Shown here: one piece after another, positions 36,322 to 48,495 of the stretch
How positions within the stretch are numbered: position 1 is the stretch's first letter
Layout of the letters: the number at the start of each line of letters is the position of its first letter
NCBI GenBank assembly: GCA_024679065.1
Contig: JAGIQG010000019.1
Coordinates: forward strand, 35,278,001 to 35,342,000
From: Sphyrna mokarran
Taxonomy: Eukaryota
Length of the DNA: 64,000 nt
Reading direction: 5' to 3'
Translations under genes and position numbers: made by a program
Notes under the pieces: generated by a model
Database searches by the model: none
Seen by the model: the letters and a program-made list of their open reading frames with translations, nothing else
What the model was told of the DNA's origin: nothing

Positions 36322-37600
36322 TTGACTTTTTTGAAGGGGGTAACCAAGAGGTTGATGAGAGTAGTGCAGTTGATGTTGTCTACATGGACTTTAGCAAGGT
36401 CTTTGACAAGATACCACATGGTAGGTTGTTGCACAAGGTTAAATCTCACAGGATCTAGGGTGAGGTATCTAAATAGATACAAAACTGGCTTCTTGACAGA
36501 AACCAGAGTGTGGTTGTACAGAGTTTTTCAAACTGGAAGCCTGTGAGCAGCAGTGTGCCTTAGGGATCAGTGCTGGATCCCCTGTTATTTGTCGTGTTAT
36601 ATGATTTGGATGAGAATATGGGAGGCATGGTTAGTAAATTTGCAGCTGATAGACTATGTGTGGCATAGTGGATAGTGAGGAAAGTTATCTCCAATTGCCA
36701 CGGGATCTTGATGAATTGGGCCAGTGGGCTGATGAATGAACATAAGAACATAAAAATATAAGAAATAGGGTTGAACGTAAGAAATAGAAATAAGAAATGG
36801 CAGATGGAGTTTAATTTAGATAAATGTGAAGTGATGCATTTTGGTAGATTGAACCAGGGCAGGACTTTCTCAGTTAATAGTAGGGCACTGGGGAGAGTTA
36901 CAGAACAATAAGATCTGGGGGTACGTGTTCATAGCTCCTTGAAAGTGGAATCACAGGTAGACAGAGTGGTGAAGAAGATATTCGGCATGCTTGGTTTCAT
37001 CAGTCAGAACATTGAATATAGGAGCTGGGACGTCTTGTTGAAGTTGTACAAGACATTGGTAAGGTCACATTTGGAATACTGTGTCCAGTTCTGGTCATCC
37101 TATTATGGAAAGGATATTATTAAACTAGAAAAAGGAAATTTACTAGAATGCTATCGGGACTTGATGGTTTGAGTTATAAGGAGAGGCTGGATAGACTGGG
37201 ACTTTTTTCTTTGAAGTATAGCAGGCTAGAGGTGATCTGATTGAAGTCTATAAAATAATGAGGGGCACAGATCAGCTAGATAGTCAATATCTTTTTCCAA
37301 AGGTAGGGGAGTATAAAACTAGAAGATATAGGTTTAAAGTGAGTGGAGAAAGGTACAAAAGTGTCCAGAGGGACGTTTTTTTCACAAAGAGGGTGGTGAG
37401 TAATCTGGAACAAGCTGCCAGAGGTAATAGTAGAGGTGGGTAAATGTTGTCTTTTAGACAGCATTTTGACAGTTACATGGGTAAGATGGGTATAGAGGGA
37501 TATGGGCCAAATGCGGGCAATTGGAATTAGCTTAGGGGTTTAAAAAAAGGGGCAGCATGGACAAGTTGGGCCAAAGGGCCTGTTTCCATGCTGTAAACCC
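36322..37600 (+). mobile_element. 5'-truncated CR1 RT + 3' end
   Basis: VDVVYMDFSKVFDK, GSVLDP, WQMEFN and [18 protein letters not shown]. Confidence 0.9.
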
Positions 37601-38187
37601 TACATGATTCTATTTACTCTTGAGATCTATATTTGAATGTTGGCCGGAAAGGGGCAGATAATGTCCTCTGCTTTCCAATGGCTGTTTAGACTTCTTAATC
37701 AACATAATTATTTCAGACAGTATTAATCAATTTCCCAGCAGACATCACTACTTGCTGCAGGATGACCTTATAATAATATTTCATTCCCAATTATTTTTGT
37801 ATTAAAGTCAATAGCTCTTGGAAAAATACATTGTTCTTCAGCAAACTGCAATTTAAATCTACTTAACTTCCACTATCAAGATGAAATGTTTGTTGAAGGC
37901 AATTTAAATGTGATCACTTTTTATCTCGTGTTTCCAGCACTCTGGTGTGTCAATCACCGCGTACACGTCAGGAATTAAAGATAACATCTACTCTCGTGTG
38001 TTCCATTTCTCCCAGCCTTTCATCCTGCAGTAAAAGAGAGACTAGTAGAGGAAAAAGAGGTGACTACAATTTCTTCTTTTCATTACTTATAAATGAATGG
38101 TAAAAACTCATAATGAAGGACAACAATCACATTTGAAAAGAGAGATAAGTTAACTCAAGTGCTGGAAGGTTGCTTAGGCTGCAGAGT

Positions 38188-38432
38188 CAGTAAAAAGTCT
38201 CACAACACCAGGTTAAAGTCCAACCAGTTTATTTGATAGTAATCCCACAAGTTGTTGGAAACGGTGTTCCTTTGTCAAGTATGTGGAACCTTCCACACAC
38301 CTGACAAAGGAACACCGTTTCCAAAAGCTTATGGGATTACTATCAAATAAACTGGTTGGACTTTAACCTGGTGTTGTGAGACTTCTTACTGTGTTTACTC
38401 CAGTCCAACGCTGGCATCTCTACATCATGACT
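38188..38432. mobile_element. Palindromic Penelope pLTR-derived element (family A), ~100-bp arms
   Basis: 38188-38288 is nearly complementary to 38291-38391; hammerhead-like core at 38301-38327. Confidence 0.85.
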
Positions 38433-39879
38433 AGGTTGTAGAGTGTCAGAAGAAGCAAAGACTTTAGAATGATTCAGGGTCTTGTGAGGTACAAGGACTG
38501 GGATAGAGCGGCTAAGCCCAATATCACCCAAATACATTGCATCACAATCACTGATTGTGCCCTTTCTCTTACAGGATGTAGTGGCCCTTAAGCAGAGACA
38601 GCAACAGCTACCTGGCAGGGGACAGGTGTGCCAGTGTGCTCTCATCCCCATGGAGAAGACAGTGCTGGTAACACTGGTGTGGCCATGCCAAGGCTCAAAG
38701 GACAACAGGAGCACCTTCTCACATCCCAATTCCTTCCATCCTGTGATTTACAAACTGCAGATGGGTTAAGTGTGCATCTCTTGCTTTCCTCCCTTTTCCT
38801 CTACCCCCAAACACCTTGTGTTTTTAACCTTTAAAAAGCCAAGACCCTGGTCAATAACTGTTGCAACAACGTGGAGTGTGAGAGAGCAGGAGCTGGGAAA
38901 GAAGAAACCCAATGGCTGATCTCCTACATCATGATCTCCTACAGACAACCACCAGCTCAGACACTGACACAATGTGAACATTAAGAGGCGAGCAGAGAGG
39001 TAGGATCTGAATGTAATGAGACGCTGTGTGCAAGTGGTCTGCAGCAAGGGAAGGAGTGAGGATAGCACAGGTTCTGGAGGGCACAGTCCCACATGAATTG
39101 TGCTGCTGAGGCCATCCTTTATAACGTGCATAAAATACACTTGCCATTCCCGACTAAGGTAAAGGAGGAAAAATATTCCTGAAAGACTCAAGCTGGATAA
39201 GACTTTCAGCTGAGGCTCCTTTCCATATTCCTGCTCCGAGTAGTTTAATTGCTTACTTTCTGCCTCTGTGCCACTTCCCACTCTGAAGGAAATTGCAGCG
39301 ATAGCGCACATGACCAGAGCACTTGCTGTCACTCCAAGGATTTCAGGAAATGGAGTTAAGGCCACAATTGAACCTGCTGTGGTCATATTGAATGGTTGAG
39401 CTGGCTCTGTTCCTATTTCTTTTGCTGTAAGTTTTTCAAGTGCAGCACCAGTCTTGCAGACTTTTCACTAATACTTCAAATCACCAAACACTTCCACAAT
39501 CTCAGAGGATGTAGACAGTTGAATTAGCAAGTTAATGATCCTTTTAAAGAACATTGCTTGGGAATCTTTGCCGCTGCTGGTCAAATGTTCAGCTGTGTGC
39601 ATTTAAGAGAGAGATTGGCTGGAGGGGCAAGGTCCAAATGGCAGTGCTTTTGTCACTCACTTTACATGCTACTGTTACGATTTGGCTACTTTGTATAGCT
39701 CCAGTGCAAACTTCTGAGATCCACACCAAGGTGACAGCCTGTGCACATGTTGGAACTGAGTATGTGCATGGTGCATGTCATTTCAGTGCCAAGTCAGCAA
39801 ATGTGAGAGCGCTATGGAGCCAAATTTTGGAATCAAAATATCAGCTTGGTAAAAGTTTCACTCCCTCCCATCCCCAATA

Positions 39880-40200
39880 GAAGGTGTGAGTTCAAATCCC
39901 TCATCAACTAAATATTCTAGTGCAGTATTAAGGAAGTGTTGCATTGTTGCTGCATCGATTGTATGGGACATTAACCTAAAACAATCTGTCTATTCAAATG
40001 GATGTAAAAGACCCATGGGACGAAATTTTCCTGTTCCGTCCACTATGGGAATTGTAGCAGGCAGGACAGGGCTATGCAAAGGTCCATTAATTTCGGGCGA
40101 GGTTTTCCAGCCTGGGGGCAAGTAGAGCTGGAAATCCCACCCATGATGTTTTGGGAAGTTTAGGAATTTCTCCAGGTATCTGAGAAAGTATTTAATTCTC
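39880..40200 (+). mobile_element. Deu-SINE (SacSINE1-like) remnant with an inserted MITE (40017-40142)
   Basis: GAGTTCAAATCCC..AGTGCAGTATTAAGGAAGTGTTGCA..TGGATGTAAAAGACCCAT resembles the recalled Deu-SINE consensus. Confidence 0.6.
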
Positions 40201-41504
40201 ATCGTCCTTTAATGATAGCATTCTCACAATGATACCACACAGTAACGTTTGCCCAACACTGTGAATATGCCCAAGTCAGGATGGCTGATGACTTGGACGG
40301 GGCTTGGTTGTGTTTACAATCCCACAATGTTGTTGCTTGTTTTTAACTCCTTACCTTGTGACACTTTACTCCTTTATGAAACCTTGGATGAGTTGTTAGC
40401 TATCGGCTGGTAGACGTCACAACCAGTGGCAGGGCTTTGCTCATGTTCACTGACTTCTCTCGATGTTCACTGATTTGTCTTGATGATTAATGCAACAAAC
40501 CTTGTTTAGCTGCACCTAAAAGCTGGAATGATTGGTTAAGCCTCCAGTATGGTGTCCAATTGTTTGTTCTTCACGAGAGTAAAGCTCAGCAACAAGTATT
40601 TCGGCAGTTGGTTAAACAAGTGCACTTTCCTGCTTCTCACACTGAATAATGATTATTATTCTGCCCCTTCTCTAATACAGATTGACTGGGGCTAATTTAG
40701 CTGAAGGCAAAGTGTGGGATTGTTCTGGTACATATAGCTCACGAAACATGACAAATAAATGTATTTATTCACTGAGCCATTGAGCAGAATTATCTTATTT
40801 TAGATTCCTGGCTACCCAAAAGGAGGCAGAGTCAGTGATTTGTCTGCTGAGTCACAGTGTCTGAGTATAAAAGAGGCAGATGATTCACGGGCTGAATAAA
40901 CTGAGGGCCAGCTCACCATAGAGAGGCTCGGATGCTGGTTTGATCGCTGCCGAGCTGTGTAGGCTGAGTCTGATGAAGCTGAATTAACATCACTAGAGCT
41001 ACAGTCATTAATCTAAAGGGCTTTGACTGTGCATTTTAATTCAGCTTTCTCTCGCTGCAGGAGAAATAACACCCCCAGCCTGGGAGCAGGAGCCAGCAGT
41101 CATCAATGTCTACTGCTAAACAAAGATATAAATGAGACAATAAGACACTATCAATTCAAAGGAGAGGTTTGATTTGAGGGATGGGGCTCAGGGACAAATG
41201 CGTGGGCGCAGTGATTTAAATTGTCTCTTTTGCTCTACCGCAGTGTTGACACTAATGGTCACTGCGGCAGGTATAGGAAGCAAATCATAAAGGTGACACG
41301 TGGGAGAGGGGGGCACAAGGGGAGGTGGCTGAGAGGAGATTTGATCAGAGTATTCAAAATCAGGAGGGCTCCAGTCAGAGTAAATAGAGAGAAACTGCTT
41401 GAGGAAGGGTTGAGAACCAGAAAATAACAAGAAAGGAAAATTGCTGAAGAATCAAAAACTGTGAAAAGCCTGTTACAAATACAAAATTTATAAGATCCTG
41501 ATAT

Positions 41505-41905
41505 GTTGGAATTGATTTGACGTATTACTGTTATATGTATTAACATACAGTGAAAAGTATTGTTTTTTGCACACTACATCGACAAAGCATACCGTTCATA
41601 GAGAAAGAAACAAGAGAGTACAGAATGTAGCATGTGTAATAGTCATAGGTAGGGTGGAGAGAAAGATCAACTCAATGCAAGATAGGTCACTGCAGCAGGT
41701 GTAGGAAGCAAAAGTCTGACAGCAGCTGGGAAGAAGCTATTCTTGAGTCAGTTGGTATGTGACCTTAAACCTTTGTATCTTCTTCCTGATAGAAGAAATG
41801 GAAGAGAGAATGTCTGAGGTATGTGTGTCCTTGATTATGCTGGCTGCCTCGCCAAAGCAACAGGAAGTGTAGACAGAGTCAATGGATGGGAGGCTGGTTT
41901 GCACA
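41505..41905 (-). mobile_element. Rex1/Babar LINE 3' fragment
   Basis: LPSIDSVYTSCCFGEAASIIKD..NSFFP C-terminal motif. Confidence 0.75.
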
Positions 41906-41959
41906 AATTGCCTCTTCAATTTATGGCAAAATAGAGAAATGGGGGCGTAGGATCATGAT

Positions 41960-42338
41960 TTTTTTAAATTCATTCAGCGGACATTGCTGGCTGGCCAGCA
42001 TTTATTGCCCATCCCTAGTTGCTTTTGAACTGAGTGGTTTGCTAGGCAGTTCAGAGGGCAGTTAAGAGTCAAGCATATTGCTAATGGGTCTGGAGTCACA
42101 TTTCCCGGGTAAGGACAGCAGATTTCCTATCCTGAAGGATGTTTGTGAACTAGATGGGTTTTTCCAACAAGTGACAATGGTTTAATGGTCATCATTACAC
42201 CTTGCAATCTAGATTTTTATTGAATTCAAAATTCATCATCTGGTGGGATGGAATTTCAACCTGAGTCCCCAAAGAATTGCCTTGAGTCTCTGGATTACTA
42301 GTGCAGTGACAATACCACTACACCATTACCACCACTGC
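41960..42338 (-). mobile_element. tRNA-derived SINE (second family) sharing its 3' end with the RTE-X-like LINE
   Basis: Homologous to 52331-52712; tail GGGATGGGCAATAAATGCTGG also ends the LINE at 53140. Confidence 0.75.
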
Positions 42339-42399
42339 TTTGCATTCTGCTTGGCAACAAACCTCTAGATTGCTATAGAGACAAGGGTGGCCCAAGTCA

Positions 42400-43140
42400 A
42401 GAGGCTTGCTGAGAAAGCAAAAAAATGTTCACACCTGTAGATAATGGCAAAAGAATTGTGTCGACTGTGTATAGAATGTTAATCTCCAAATTTCACAGGG
42501 AGGTATTAGGAATGTCAGGTTTTATTAATGGTTATATTTTAAAATGTCTAATTAATTCCAAGTTTGAAGGGAGTTAGGATGCTAGAGGAAAGTTAATTAG
42601 CTTGGATACAAGGGCCATGTAATTCATGTTGCCATGGAGATGAGTTATGGATAAGACTGCATAGAGAGGCAGTATAGCATCAAGTTACAGGGATTTTTAA
42701 GACATCACTGAACTGACAGAAACAAGTTAGTCCACAAAAATTTTGGAGAATAGGATATAGGGGAAGCTAGTCTTATATTTAAGGCAAAGAAAATGCCGAC
42801 CATATTGTTCAGTATGTAATGTGGGTCACAGTTGGTGCTCAGATTGAAGGATCAAATTTGTGAGGATTTAAAGGAGGATGGAAGATTTGCCTTGCTCAAG
42901 TTACAGAAAACAAAATCTCCAGTATAACTGTCACAGTGAAAGTCAAGACTATAGACAATTCCTGGCTGGGAAAGAGAGAAAAAAAATTGCTCTCGGGAGC
43001 TGAGGATAACCTGGGACTGGTTTCTGGAGAATAATGTATTCTCATAAGGAACGGTGTAAACTACAACTGGGGCAGGATACTCCTGGTAATTTTTAAAGTT
43101 AACTGGAGTAATTTTAAAGTACAAATTGCCTACTAGTTAG
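42400..43140 (+). mobile_element. Very degenerate CR1 ORF2 remnant
   Basis: ITELT, GNFNF and YLLVSD..VLII-like endonuclease remnants. Confidence 0.4.
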
Positions 43141-45174
43141 TGATTAGTCAATAGTACTTATAATTTATTTGTTACAGTTGTGAGAGTACTAAGATCTCAC
43201 TCTTTATATTTTTTAATCAAATCCTCATGGCTATTGCTACAATTTGAAAAAAAATGAACAAAAATCTTTTAAATGGCTGAATCCACAATTATCTTTAACC
43301 CCTGAACAAAAAGAGTCATCTGGAATTATAGCTGAATCTTGCACAGCATTACCTCAGAAGAGAACTATTCATAGACCATCTGAATGTCATAACTCAGGGT
43401 GGCCGGAGTCTACTCATTTACCAAGCAAAAGGGCTCCTCAACCTTCTTTCCAATTTTGAATGTTTGAGATTTTTAACCATCTTAGGGTCCCAGATGAGGG
43501 ATACACAACCCTTATCAAAGACAATGTGGAGAGATGGGAGTCATATGCCATGGATGTCTAACTTCAGTGCAGCAAGACAATCAGTTACATTGTCTTGCTG
43601 TACTACAAACTCAGTCTTCCATTTTACCATCTAACCAGCAGCACCAGGTTGAAACTTCTGGGTCTATCTACACCGCTTTGCCAGATTCACCTTTATGCGC
43701 CTATCTCATTGTGCAAACACCACTGGTTTCTCGGTCTTGGCTAAGTTCAAGTGTAGTACCTGGAATTGGCCAATGAAACTGAGGCTTCACCTGATGCAAT
43801 CTTTCAAAACCATCTTGGTGTTTTGATGAAGATGAAGCATCAGATCAAGCCCAAAAGGGCTGCAATGCCTCTCACTGTCAGCTTGGATCTTGTTTGATTA
43901 AGCCCAAGATGGGTTGTACATCTTGTCAGCTTGGATCTATTTTGTCTCTAGTGTGGAGATTCTGATTGGACCAAATTGGATTTTTGATTGGGAATGAAGT
44001 ACCAAAAGATATAAAAAAAAATAACTGTAAAAGCAAGTTATACATCACTGGTTTCAGTCTGTTGACCTCCATGAAGCACTTTGATTCTGGACTCCAACCC
44101 CACATGAAACAATATTCCTTTCTTCTGCGATCGCTGCACTGTAAATCTTTTCTCTATCCCTCTTTTACATTGTTAGCCCCTTCTCATATTCAAATGTATA
44201 CAAATAAACTAACCCTTTGAGTTCATCCCATCTCCTCAGGTTTGCTCTGGCCTTATTAGTAGAAAATCAGATCAAACTAAAACTGATATAAAGGGGGAAA
44301 CAAGTCTAAAGGAGAAATTAATGCTGTTAAAATTAATAGCCTCCCCCCACCCTATCCATAACACAGCAAAGTCTTAGAACTTGAAACCGTCTTGTGATTC
44401 TTCCAGTCACCGGCAATTCAGTCTTTATGGGGATTGTAGTGAGTGGTTGGGTTCTGGAATGCAATGGTTGGAAGTGTTTTGAGAGTTCAAATTGTCTAAT
44501 TTGTCATCAGCAGTGGCAGATTCAATTGTGGCTTTCAAAAAAAATATAGGATAAGCTCCTGGAGGAAAAACGTTTGCAGAGATACAAAAAAAGGTGGGGA
44601 ATGGAACAAATTGAGGAGCTGCTAGAGAGTGGACACAGATACAGTGGACGAAATGGTCTCCTTCTATGCTATAACATTCTTTGAATTGAAATTGGACCTA
44701 AACCCACTACTGTACTCAACAGTGGGAGCCACTGGGCAGAACCGGGGGCGGGGGGTGGTGGGTAGATGTAAATGGGGGGAGCAGAAGAACCAAAAGGCGA
44801 GTCAGTCCATCTGGTCTTGGGAGGGAAAATGGTGGAATTGGAAGATGTAAGAAATATGGGTTCAAGACTTTTTACATCATAGGGAACCTCAGCATCTATC
44901 AAGACATTTAGCAGTAGTACACTGGATTTCTACAAGGAACTCCACATTGCAGCAGTTTATCTAATAATGGTGTGCAAGATCCCCGCAGCAGAGTCCAGTA
45001 TCCACCAGGACATCTAGCAGTAATGTTTTGGACTTCCACATGAGAATCCAGCATACCGGTCACAGAATAAACCAAAACAGCTAAATGTCTTCACAACACA
45101 AAGTAAAATGCTCAAACGACTTGATAGAAACTTTCAAGTCTATGGAATTGATGCAAGTTAAACAATTTGATCTC

Positions 45175-47450
45175 TAAAAACAGAAAATGTTGCATAAATT
45201 CAGAACTTAAAAGAACAGAATTAATGTTTGGAGTTTGTATGACTTCTTTAGAACTAAAAATAGGGATAAATGTCATGTATTTTATACGTATAAGAGGGGG
45301 TGGAGCAAGTGGAGTAGAGTAAAATGTATGGGATAGATATGAGCTTGGAGAGATTGTAAAAAGATATGTTAAGCACAACACAAAGGGAGTGTTAATGGCG
45401 GTGTTAAGGACTAAAGAAATACTATTAGCAGCATCAATATAAGATAGCAAAATGTGTTATTGGCAGAACAAAAGTCAGCATTCTGTGAAAGCAAAATTAA
45501 AGAATAAATGACAGATGGCCCAGTGGGGGAGGAGGGAGGGTTTTACTGGGACAAAGAAACATTTTCTTGGATTAGTAAAAAGGGTAAAAATGGAGGATGA
45601 AGTTCACCAGTTTATGTTGTTGAATTTAGAAGGCTGTAAAGTGCCTAAGGTTCCCTCACGTTATGTGAGGCTTCACTGGAACATCTCAGCAGGCCAAAGA
45701 TGGACATGTGGATATAAAAACAGGTGCCAAGTTGAAATGCTGGCGGACTGAGCGAAAGTAGTTCATAAAGTGGTCACTCAGTCTGCATTTACTTTTCCCA
45801 TTGTAGAAGAGATTGCATTGGGAGCAGCAAATACAGTGGAACAAATTGAATGTGGTTCACGTGAAACACTGTTAACCTGAAAGGAGTGCTTGGAGTCTTG
45901 AACAGTGAGGAGGGAGAAGGTAAAGGAGCAGGTACTGATCCTTCTGCGATTTGTAAAGAAGGTGCCATGGGAAGGGGATGAGGAGTTGGTTGTGATGGAG
46001 GAGTGGACTAGGGTGTTATAGAGGGAGCAGTTCCTACAGAATGCTGGCAACGGGGTGTGAGGGGAAGATATGTTTCATGGTAGCATCATGGTGGAGTTGG
46101 CAGAAATGGTGGAAGATGAAGCTTTCAATATGGAGGCTAGTGGATGAAAATTGAGGACAAAGAGATCCCTCAGTTCAGAAAAAAAGTAGACATGTCAGAA
46201 GCAACATTTTTGATGATGACATCATTGGAACAGATGTGACAGTGGTGGACGAACTGGGAGAATGAGATGAAGTCCTACAGAAAGTAAGAAAGTAGGGTGT
46301 GCGGAGTCGTAGTTGAGGTATCTGTGGGATTTGTTGGGTTTTGTAATGAAAATTGGTGGTTAGTCTATCACCAGAAATGGGAAAGAGAAATCAAGGAATG
46401 AAGGGAAATATTGGAGATGGACCATGTGAAGGTGGAAATTAGAAGCAAAACTGATCATTTTTCCAGGTTTAGGTGAGAACATGAAATGGAATCGATACCA
46501 TCATTGATGTGCTGGACAACGAGCTCTGGGAGGGGGCCTGAATAGGACGGGAACAAGCAATGTTCCACACCCCACAAAAATACAGCCATAACCGGGGCCC
46601 ATGCAGGTAGCCATAGCAACAGCTTTTATTTGCAGAAAATGAGTCAAGTTAAAGGGGAAACTGCTCAATGCGAGAACGAGTTCAGCTAGGTGGAGGAGAG
46701 TGGTGAAAGATGGGATTGTTCAAGCCTCTGACTCATGGGAGAAGCAGAGACCTCAGGCCCTCTTGGGAGGGGTTGGACATACATAGTGACATGGTTACGG
46801 CTAGGAAATTGGAAATTACTGATATGATGTAACATACCAGAGCAATTGTGAAGTAAGTGGGAAGAGATGGACGAGGGGAAAATGATGGAGTCAAGATAGG
46901 AAGATATGAGTTTTGTGGGGCAGGGATAGACTGATACAAGGAGTTTTCCAGGATAATCCTTCTTCTGTTTTTTTGTTCTTCTGTGGCATTTGCAGGGTTG
47001 TGGGACTAAGAGTTCAGAAGCTGCAGAAGGGAGATATCCGGAGAAGATTAAGTCAGTGACAAACCACAAAATAATGGCTTGATATTTGACGGTGGGGTCG
47101 TGGTCCTTGGGGAGGGAGTAGGAAGAGCTAACAGCTGGGAAGGGGTCAGATAACAAAGTCAGGGTTGGACCCAAGAGGATGAAGTGCAGCAATTTCAGGA
47201 GAGGTGGAGTAGGTTAGAGGGGCAGAGAAATTAAGACAGCCTATAGTTCTCAACAAAAAGATCAACAGCAGGTAAGAGGTCATAGTGAAGGGTCCAGTTA
47301 GAGGGAGAACGCTGGAGGCAAGTAAAAGGATTTGTTGAGTTTGGGGGGGAAGAACTCCTGCCCAAAGAAGTGAGCATGGAGATAAAGGCAATGGATAAAA
47401 GTTTATCATTGTGCTGAGTCTGGAACTGATTGAAGTGGGGATGTAAGGGA
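45175..47450 (-). mobile_element. Penelope-like element (family B): degenerate RT + GIY-YIG + pLTR
   Basis: RT remnants PGKLLVS..CPTKLISSYLDSI, VAMATCMGPGY, QHINDG; GIY-YIG remnant FNLFHCICCSQCNLFYNGKSKCRLSDHF. Confidence 0.8.
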
Positions 47451-47959
47451 ATGAAACCAAGACCTTTGCTGAGTACATGGTGTTCAATTTGCTTTTAACA
47501 GTTTTGATTTGACTGCAAGGTTTCGATAAATGATGACAGTTTTTTCCTTTTGCAACACATGCACTGTGTTTCCTGCTCCTAGCCCTACATGCCTGCACTG
47601 TACATTTATCCATATTCAAATCACCCTATCATTGCTTCATTCCATTAAGCCATTTGTCTAAGTCCCAAATGTTCTTGATATCCTTTAATCCGCTCATAAC
47701 AAGTACATAGTCCTCATATTCATTAGTGTTATACTGAAGTCCCCTTCTTTCCTTGTAAACTCATACAACCCTATAACATTGGGATTAGAGGCACAAACCA
47801 CAAAAAACTATAGAACTATTTACCCCTTTCATTTTTTTTTTGGAGATCACTGCTTGTAATTGTTCCAATAAGCATGTAGAATAAGTTGCTTTTATATAGC
47901 TAAAGGTAAAATACTACAAATGCTGTAATCTGAAACAAAAGCAGAAAATGCTAGAGAAT

Positions 47960-48495
47960 GGTCTTTATAAGACCCTTGTCAGACCCCACTTGGAGTACTA
48001 TACGCAGTTGCCTCACTACAAGGAGGATGTGAAAGCTATTGAGAGGGTGCAGAGGACATTTACAAGGATGTTGCCTGGATTGGGAGACATGCCTTATGAA
48101 GATAGGTTGAGGGAGCTAGGTCTCTTCTCCCTGGGGAGACAAAGATTAAGAGGTGACCTGATAGAGGTTTATAAAATGGTGAGAGGTATAGATAGGGTGG
48201 ATTCTTGGAGGCTATTTCCCAGGGCTGAACTGGTCGCTATGAGAGGACGCAGGTTTAAGGTGCTGGGGAACAGGTACAGAGAAGATGTCAGGGATAAACT
48301 TTTCACTCAGAAGGTGTGAGTGAGTGGAATTGGCTGGTGGTAGAGGTGAACTCGCTGGGGTCTTTTGAGAGACTTCTGGATGAGTACATGGGATTTAATG
48401 GGATTGAGAGTTACAGGTAGGCCTGGTAGGATGGATATGATCGGCGCAGCTTGTGGGCTGAAAGGCCTGTTTGTGCTGTAATGTTCTATATTCTA
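47960..48495 (+). mobile_element. CR1 3' fragment nested in a Penelope family B palindrome (47905-47958 + 48497-48632)
   Basis: [25 protein letters not shown]; the flanks rejoin as AAATGCTAGAGAAACTCAG. Confidence 0.85.

Noticed and set aside
38766-39386. 206-aa hydrophobic ORF
   Set aside because: No recognisable family, no supporting splice signals noted, and random-like composition.
43840-43940. Short direct repeats (AAGCCCAA..TGTCAGCTTGGATCT twice)
   Set aside because: Old ~50-bp local duplication with no further structure.
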